A model generated the notes under the pieces. The model saw only the letters and a program-made list of their open reading frames with translations. It did not search any database and had not been told where the DNA came from. Below are positions 37,128-42,752 of a stretch of 42,752 nt of DNA, piece after piece (positions within the stretch are counted from its first letter, which is position 1; every line of letters starts with the position of its first letter). Position numbers and translations under genes: made by a program. Where the stretch lies: NCBI GenBank assembly GCA_043809585.1, contig JBDROZ010000058.1, positions 1-42,752 of the forward strand, written 5' to 3'. The stretch comes from Candidatus Eiseniibacteriota bacterium (lineage in GTDB: Bacteria > Orphanbacterota > Orphanbacteria > Orphanbacterales > Orphanbacteraceae).

Positions 37128-39899
37128 ATGGAAGCCGAGGGCCTCCGCCCGATGCCCGCCGTTTTCCGAATCCTCCTGCCCGCCCTCGCCGCGATGTTCG
37201 CATTCCTTCCCCGCCCGGTTCCCGCCGGCGAAGTGCCTTTTCCGGCCACGGCCGTGCGGGACGATCATGACGCGGACGCCGCCGTCGACTCGACCGGACG
37301 CCCCTGGGTCGTCTGGATCCAAACCACGGCGGATACGTCGGCGGGCGGTCCATGGGATCGCGTGCTCGCGGCCTGTTGGAACGGGGCTTCGTGGGACACG
37401 ACCCTCGTTTCCGAGTCGGTGGGCGACTACTTCAATCCGCGGGTGACCGGCCTCTCCGAAGGGGCGTGGGTCGCGTGGGTCGCGATCGAAACGGACGACG
37501 CCGACATTCTCGCCCGGCGCCTCGGCGTCGGAGGCGGCGGCTCCTTCCCCGTCGCCGCCGGTCCGGAACGGGAGTTCGCCCCCGCCCTGTGCACCGACGG
37601 GAACGGCGATGCCTGGATCGCCTGGCAGTCGTGGAGCGGGGCTTCCTTTGACGTCCACATCGGCCGCATCGAAGACGATTCTCTCGCCGAGACCGGCATC
37701 GTCGCGGACGGGCCGGCGAACGACCGGGATCCCTCTCTCGCGCCGGCCGAGGACGGTTCGATCTGGGTCGCCTGGTCGTCCATCCGGTCCCGTCATTCGG
37801 AGATCTGCCTCCGGCGGCTGTCGGGGGGAACATGGGACGATCCGATTCAAGTGACGTCGGCCATCAAGACCTGGTCCCTCTATCCCTCGGTCGCCGTGGA
37901 CGGGGATGGGAATGTCTGGGTGGCGTATTACCACAGAAACCGCCCGTGGAAGTACTACGAGGAACCGGCGCCGGAAGGGACCGACCTCGGCTCGATCTTC
38001 CTTCTCCGGTGGGACGGCGAGCACGTCTCGATCCCCCTGGGGACGGAGTGGAACACCGGACGGGTCCCGCGGCCCGCCATGGAGGATGTGGGATACGTCC
38101 TCCCCGAGAGCCCGATCCGGGTGTACGGGCTCCGGCCCCGTCTCCTGACCGACGGGCAGGGGAGGCCATGGATCCTCTCCAAGCTGAACGGCTATCTCGA
38201 TCACGAGGGCGTCCGGTGCATGTACTGGGGAATCTTCGGAGTCTTCTATGATGGGGCCTCTTGGTCCTCGGTCCCCGAAGTCATCGCGCCCCGGAACGGC
38301 CACTTCTGGGACGAGCCCGCCGCCGCGTTCGATCCGGAGGGGCGGCTCTGGGTCGCGTGGGTCGAGGACCGGCGCGCCACCGAACCGATCCGGACGGTGA
38401 ACAACATTCTCGGCCCGGACGCCGACATTCGGGTGGACACCTTTGCCGCCGTCCCCGGATCGGGCGCCCCCCACGAAGTCATCGAGCCCACGGCCCCGCC
38501 CCCCTGGGATGAGGGCGAGCCGCGGACCGTCCCTCGCTACGAGATCTCGACCGATGCCGTGACCTACCGCGTCTACTGGGGGGAGAACCACAGGCATAGC
38601 TGCGAGCTCTCCTACGACGGCATCTGGGATTATCCCTTCGAGGACACCTATCTCCACACGTACGAGCGGATCGGCTACGACTGGATCGCCCCCTCGGACC
38701 ACGTCGAGTGGTGGTCCCCCCTCGCCTGGCGGCTCGTGGCGAAATGGACCGATCTGTTTCACGTTCCGGGGGATTTCGTTACGTTTCCCGGCTACGAGAG
38801 GGCGGGGAGAACGGCGGCGCCGGCGGGGAAGGGGGATCAGAACGCCCTCTACCTCCGCTCCTCCGAATTCCGGAGCATGGACGCCCGGATCGGCCCGACG
38901 GTGCGATGGCTCGATCTCTACCACGGCGTGGAAGGGAAGGACGTGCTGTTCATTCCCCATCATCCCGTGGATCGGACCGGATACACGATGTGGGAAGGGC
39001 TCGTCGAATCGGATACCCTGCCCGCCCCGCTACGGCTGGTCGAGATTTTCCAGACCACCCGGGGTTCCTCCGAGTATCCCGGCTGTCCCATGGAGAGCTG
39101 GAAGCCCCACGTCGGCCCGGACACCGGTTGGGTCTCCCTCGCCCTCGCATCGGGCATGCGCCTCGGCATCGGCGCGGGGGGAGATCACAATCCCGGCAAC
39201 GGCTTCACCGCGGTCCTCGCCGAAGAGCCGACCCGCGAGTCGATCTTCGAAGCCCTCCGCGCCCGGCGATGTTACGGGACGACATTCTCGCGCAAGATGT
39301 TCGTCGACTTTCGCGTGGGCGGGCATCTGATGGGGGAGGAGTTCGAGACGTCTGAATCCCCGACCATCGAATACCGGGTCACCGGCACGGAGCCGCTCAC
39401 CCGGGTCGTCATCGTCAAGAACGGCGATCCCGAGTGGTACGTGGCCGTGCCCGAGGGGGCGTCGGACAGCGCTTCCTTCGTCGATCCCGACGGGGCCGTT
39501 CCGGGCACGACGAGCTGGTACTACCTTCGCGCCGAGGAGGGGGACTCGGGCATCGCATGGACGAGTCCCGTGTGGGTCGATTTCACGGTGCCGACGGCCG
39601 TCTCCGAGAGGGGAGGGAACGGCCGGACTTCGCCGGAGGACGGGAGTCCGGGTCCTCACCCGTTCTTCCCCGCCTTCGGGCCGTACCATGTCGCCCTTCC
39701 GGCCGGGGCCGGCCCGGCGCGGGTCTATGCGCTGTCGGGCCGGCTGGTCCGCGCCCTCCCCGTGGACGACGGGGGCGCCGCCTCCTGGGACGGCCGGGAC
39801 GATCGGGGGCGGGAACTCCCGCCGGGCGTCTACTTCCTCCGCTCCGAGCCGTCCCCCGGGACGCCGGCCTTCAGACGGAAGATCATTCTCGTCCGCTAG
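37128..39899 (+). CDS. Secreted PHP-like metallohydrolase (DUF3604/CehA-McbA-like) with N-terminal propeller-like repeats and a C-terminal FlgD-Ig domain
   Basis: Signal peptide; repeated P..A.D..G..W.AW blades. YWGENHRHS..SYDG, SDH, FPGYE, IPHH, GGDH, IFEALRARRCYGTT, AWTSPVW; WDGRDD.G..LPPGVYF. Confidence 0.8.
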   Translation: MEAEGLRPMPAVFRILLPALAAMFAFLPRPVPAGEVPFPATAVRDDHDADAAVDSTGRPWVVWIQTTADTSAGGPWDRVLAACWNGASWDTTLVSESVGDYFNPRVTGLSEGAWVAWVAIETDDADILARRLGVGGGGSFPVAAGPEREFAPALCTDGNGDAWIAWQSWSGASFDVHIGRIEDDSLAETGIVADGPANDRDPSLAPAEDGSIWVAWSSIRSRHSEICLRRLSGGTWDDPIQVTSAIKTWSLYPSVAVDGDGNVWVAYYHRNRPWKYYEEPAPEGTDLGSIFLLRWDGEHVSIPLGTEWNTGRVPRPAMEDVGYVLPESPIRVYGLRPRLLTDGQGRPWILSKLNGYLDHEGVRCMYWGIFGVFYDGASWSSVPEVIAPRNGHFWDEPAAAFDPEGRLWVAWVEDRRATEPIRTVNNILGPDADIRVDTFAAVPGSGAPHEVIEPTAPPPWDEGEPRTVPRYEISTDAVTYRVYWGENHRHSCELSYDGIWDYPFEDTYLHTYERIGYDWIAPSDHVEWWSPLAWRLVAKWTDLFHVPGDFVTFPGYERAGRTAAPAGKGDQNALYLRSSEFRSMDARIGPTVRWLDLYHGVEGKDVLFIPHHPVDRTGYTMWEGLVESDTLPAPLRLVEIFQTTRGSSEYPGCPMESWKPHVGPDTGWVSLALASGMRLGIGAGGDHNPGNGFTAVLAEEPTRESIFEALRARRCYGTTFSRKMFVDFRVGGHLMGEEFETSESPTIEYRVTGTEPLTRVVIVKNGDPEWYVAVPEGASDSASFVDPDGAVPGTTSWYYLRAEEGDSGIAWTSPVWVDFTVPTAVSERGGNGRTSPEDGSPGPHPFFPAFGPYHVALPAGAGPARVYALSGRLVRALPVDDGGAASWDGRDDRGRELPPGVYFLRSEPSPGTPAFRRKIILVR

Positions 39900-39931
39900 C
39901 CTGGATCATGCATGAATCTCCGTCATGAGGG
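39896..39931 (+). repeat. 36-bp tandem duplication of the M1 arm-B terminus
   Basis: CTAGCCTGGATCATGCATGAATCTCCGTCATGAGGG immediately precedes CTAGCCTGGTTATGCATGAATCTCCGTCACGAGGG. Confidence 0.85.
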
Positions 39932-40231
39932 CTAGCCTGGTTATGCATGAATCTCCGTCACGAGGGCTCGGATCGCCTGACGAGAAGCTGACTTGGACGA
40001 GCCGCCACCGGAGGCAGGGACCCGTCGGGCAGTTGGGCTTATCGCGCCCATCGAAGCGATAAGCCCTAGTGCCCGGGGGGCTCCCCCGGCGCACTAACAC
40101 TTCTCACTCCGAGCGGTCGCGAGAAGATGAAAGTGCGCCACGGGCCCCGTCGAGGAGGCGGCGACGGAAAGGAGGCTTCGCAGGCGGCGATCCGAGATCG
40201 CAGTAGGAGATTTGTGCATAATCCAGGCTAG
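39932..40231. mobile_element. CTAG-bounded MITE family M1, full copy (300 bp, two central modules), opposite orientation to 13200-13448
   Basis: Same TIRs (one base missing at the left end) and arms as 13200-13448; the centre has two hairpin modules in inverted orientation. Confidence 0.9.
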
Positions 40232-40251
40232 ATCGGCCGCAGTTCGTGACC

Positions 40252-40292
40252 GAAGCCCCGGGGGCGGACGGCCCCTCGGGGCTTCTTCTTTT
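40252..40292 (+). terminator. Rho-independent terminator
   Basis: GAAGCCCCGGGGGC-loop-GCCCCTCGGGGCTTC followed by TTCTTTT. Confidence 0.75.
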
Positions 40293-40386
40293 GGAGGCCG
40301 GCGCGCGCGGACTGCTTGAGCAAGCCGGCCCTGACCCCCCGGCTCCCGCCCACCGAAATCGACGTTGCAGTTTTGCGGTAAGGGTT

Positions 40387-41973
40387 CTAGAACCGGTAGC
40401 TGGCGCTCGATTGGTAGTTGCGGTTCCTTTCCGAGGCCCCCCGGCTCTCTTCGACGGAGAGCGTGAAGAACCAGCCCCCCGCGAGACCGACGTCGAGATC
40501 GACCGACGTCCAGTCGAGGTTCTCCGCCTCACCGGTCTCGATATCGCTTTCGCGGCGGATGCCCCGGCTGAGTTCCAACCGGACCCGGGAACCGAGGGAG
40601 ACATCCATGTCCCCCGAGTGGAGCCACCCTTCGGAGCCGGAGTTTTCGAACCGGGTGTGCCGGCTCCCGAGACGGAGCCCTCGAACCCGGGGGGCCTGCC
40701 AACGGTTTCGAAGACTGTACGAGCGGATGCCCCCCGAACCGGACCGGCCCCGGAGCGAGAGACGGAGATCGCCGACTTCCTGGGTGATTCCCGTCCAGAC
40801 CCCCTGCCGGTAGCTGTCGTCGAAGTCCGTTTCCGGCGTCACCCGGTCCCGGTAGAGCCGGATCCTCCTCCGGTTGTCGAATCCCCCCTCGAGAACCGTC
40901 CCTCCCGCCACCGCGTAGCGGCCGAAGGCAAAGCTGTTCGTCGGGGAGAGGGCGGTCTCGCCGGCGTCCGCCTTCCAGCCCCGGTTGAGATCGAGCTCCT
41001 GGGAGAGAGAAAGCGAGTACCTCGTGTCGTAGTAGCGGCCCTGGAGGAAGAAGTACTCCCGGTTCAGTTCCCCGCCTTCGTACGACCCGACGGCGCCGGA
41101 GGTGACGGACCACCTGGTCCGTCCGTGGCGGGTCTCGTACTGGACGAATCCGCCCCCCTCGCGGACGAGATTCGAATGCCCGTAATCGACCGGGTCGGGC
41201 TGGGTGCCCGCGAACACCCCCGCGCTCCAGCGGCGGCCGCCGTACTGGGCGAGGAGGCCGTCGAAGACGCTGACCGCCGCGAGGGATGGGCTGAGCTGGC
41301 GGCCGGCCGACACGCGCCATGGCGAGCCTTCCATCTTCCACGACGCCTCGAGCCGGTAGACCCGCGTCCGCGACGATGCCGGGCTGCTCCCGTCCGCCAG
41401 GTCCCGGTAGGTGCGCCGCGCCCGGACATCCATGTCCACGCCCCAATCGCTCGAGAGGACGCGGTCCCCCTGCATCTTGAAAGTGAGCGCCGGCTGCACG
41501 AAGTCCTGACCGGTCCCGCTCTGATCGTCGACGGCGAGGGAACGGAGGGCGACCCGGCCCCGCACGCCCCACGCCCGTAGGCCCGTCTCTTCCCGGCTCC
41601 TGCCGGCCTGGTCCTCGTTCTCCTTTTCATCTTCCGTTTCGAGATCGACCGGCGGCCGGCGGGTTCCCCCACGGGCAAGAGCCCGGACTTCGTCGCCGAT
41701 CTCGATTGCTCCGGACGCCTCGAGAATGGCGCAGACCGAGCGGGAGGAGGAAACGCCGAGCACCTCGAGCTTGGCGATCACCTCCCGATCCCGGACCGCT
41801 TCGAAGCGGTCCCCTTCGCGGATGCCCCGCTCCGAGCCTCCGTCGAGATAGAGGGTGGACGAAGTCATGTAGAGCACCCGCGGCCCCCCGGCGGGGGCCG
41901 CCGCGGCCGGGGAGTGGAGAAAGAGAACGCCGAGGAGGCCGAGGAGGCCGAGGAGCATGGTGAACCGTTTCAT
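40387..41973 (-). CDS. Outer-membrane beta-barrel protein with an N-terminal small beta domain; probable cytochrome-associated porin
   Basis: Signal peptide MKRFTMLLGLLGLLGVLFL; alternating amphipathic strands; C-terminal SASYRF barrel signal. Start overlaps the cytochrome stop (TGATG). Confidence 0.75.
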   Translation of the reverse strand: MKRFTMLLGLLGLLGVLFLHSPAAAAPAGGPRVLYMTSSTLYLDGGSERGIREGDRFEAVRDREVIAKLEVLGVSSSRSVCAILEASGAIEIGDEVRALARGGTRRPPVDLETEDEKENEDQAGRSREETGLRAWGVRGRVALRSLAVDDQSGTGQDFVQPALTFKMQGDRVLSSDWGVDMDVRARRTYRDLADGSSPASSRTRVYRLEASWKMEGSPWRVSAGRQLSPSLAAVSVFDGLLAQYGGRRWSAGVFAGTQPDPVDYGHSNLVREGGGFVQYETRHGRTRWSVTSGAVGSYEGGELNREYFFLQGRYYDTRYSLSLSQELDLNRGWKADAGETALSPTNSFAFGRYAVAGGTVLEGGFDNRRRIRLYRDRVTPETDFDDSYRQGVWTGITQEVGDLRLSLRGRSGSGGIRSYSLRNRWQAPRVRGLRLGSRHTRFENSGSEGWLHSGDMDVSLGSRVRLELSRGIRRESDIETGEAENLDWTSVDLDVGLAGGWFFTLSVEESRGASERNRNYQSSASYRF

Positions 41974-42752
41974 CAATCGCTCCCCCTCGGATGGCAGCTG
42001 TAACAGGCGTCGCTGTTGTACTGGTAGCCCGGAACCTCGTCGTGATCATTGTCCGTCTTGTTCCGGTCCGAGTGGGGATGGCAGCCGAGACAGGAGAAGA
42101 CCCCGTAGTCGTTGGGGTTGGTGTGGCAGTCGCTGCAGCTGTCCCACTTACCCCGGTGCTTTCCCGAGTAGATCGGGAAGAAGAGGCCGTCGTGGTCGAA
42201 GTCGGCGCCGTCCCAGCCGCTCAAGTCGTGGCACTGCGCGCAGTCGGTGGGGAAGCCGGCGCCGGCGTGGTCCGGATTGGTCGTCGACTCGTAGTCGGCC
42301 TGGTGACACTCGTAACAGTCCGGAGAGGTCCCCTGGAAGATGCCGCCTGCGTGGCAGGAGCCGCACGTGAGCCCCGAGTGGCCGCCGGAGAGGGCGAAGA
42401 ACGAGTGGTCGAAGGTCGCCCCCGGCCAGCCGTTGATGTCATGGCACGCCGCGCAGTCGGTCGGGAACCCCGCGCCGGCGTGGTCCGGCTCGATGGTCGA
42501 CTGGTAATCGGCCTCGTGGCAGGCGTAGCAGTCGGACGATGTCCCCTGGAAGATGCCGCCGGCATGACAGGAGTTGCACGTCAGTCCCGAGTGACCGCCG
42601 CTGAGCGCGAAGAACGAGTGGTCGAAGGTCGCCCCCGGCCAGCCGTTGATGTCGTGGCACTGGGCGCAGTCGGTCGGGAAGCCGGCGGCGACGTGGTTGG
42701 GCTCGATGGTCGACTGGTAGTCCGCCTCGTGGCAGGCGTAGCAGTCGGACGA
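41973..42752 (-). CDS. Multiheme c-type cytochrome, C-terminal 259 aa (5' end beyond the window), 11 CxxCH visible
   Basis: Reading frame is open from 42752: CYACH, CAQCH, CNSCH, CYACH, CAACH, CGSCH, CYECH, CAQCH, CSDCH, CLGCH, CYSCH. The ORF track shows only the last 83 aa. Confidence 0.92.
   Translation of the reverse strand, partial: SSDCYACHEADYQSTIEPNHVAAGFPTDCAQCHDINGWPGATFDHSFFALSGGHSGLTCNSCHAGGIFQGTSSDCYACHEADYQSTIEPDHAGAGFPTDCAACHDINGWPGATFDHSFFALSGGHSGLTCGSCHAGGIFQGTSPDCYECHQADYESTTNPDHAGAGFPTDCAQCHDLSGWDGADFDHDGLFFPIYSGKHRGKWDSCSDCHTNPNDYGVFSCLGCHPHSDRNKTDNDHDEVPGYQYNSDACYSCHPRGSD
42190..42752 (-). repeat. Intragenic tandem repeat, 213-bp / 71-aa period, three hemes per unit
   Basis: Unit starts at 42752, 42539 and 42326: SSDCYACHEADYQSTIEPxHxxAGFPTDCAxCHDINGWPGATFDHSFFALSGGHSGLTCxSCHAGGIFQGT. 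Confidence 0.92.

Noticed and set aside
42190-42752. Regular repeats as a CRISPR array
   Set aside because: The 213-bp in-frame coding repeats have no unique spacers and encode heme-binding units.

Overview
High-GC bacterial window. The C-terminal FlgD-Ig and SWGxIK tails on its secreted proteins suggest an FCB-related candidate phylum such as Eisenbacteria, Latescibacterota or Krumholzibacteriota; this is an inference. The window opens with the 3' part of a group II intron (RT/maturase without endonuclease, DV, DVI, ending at 1151). A lower-GC patch follows, bracketed by two 89-bp palindromic repeats and carrying a secreted carbohydrate-binding-like protein. Housekeeping and peptide-scavenging genes come next: Ntn hydrolase, glnS, AGCS symporter, hflKC, adenosine deaminase, a receiver protein, a moaD-moaE fusion, secreted PepF and an M32 carboxypeptidase. 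The centre holds a 1541-aa, roughly 17-heme cytochrome fused to two LamG-like domains and a FlgD-Ig tail, and two tandem paralogous secreted zinc metalloproteases. Then come a mitochondrial-type EF-G overlapping a RecA/KaiC-like ATPase, a eukaryotic-type citrate synthase, ggt, a fused membrane/spermidine-synthase-like protein and a secreted PHP-like hydrolase. The right edge has a beta-barrel coupled to a tandem-repeat multiheme cytochrome. A CTAG-bounded rod-like MITE family occurs three times; the two full copies sit on stop codons and carry covarying hairpin modules. All calls come from reading motifs by eye; no searches were run.
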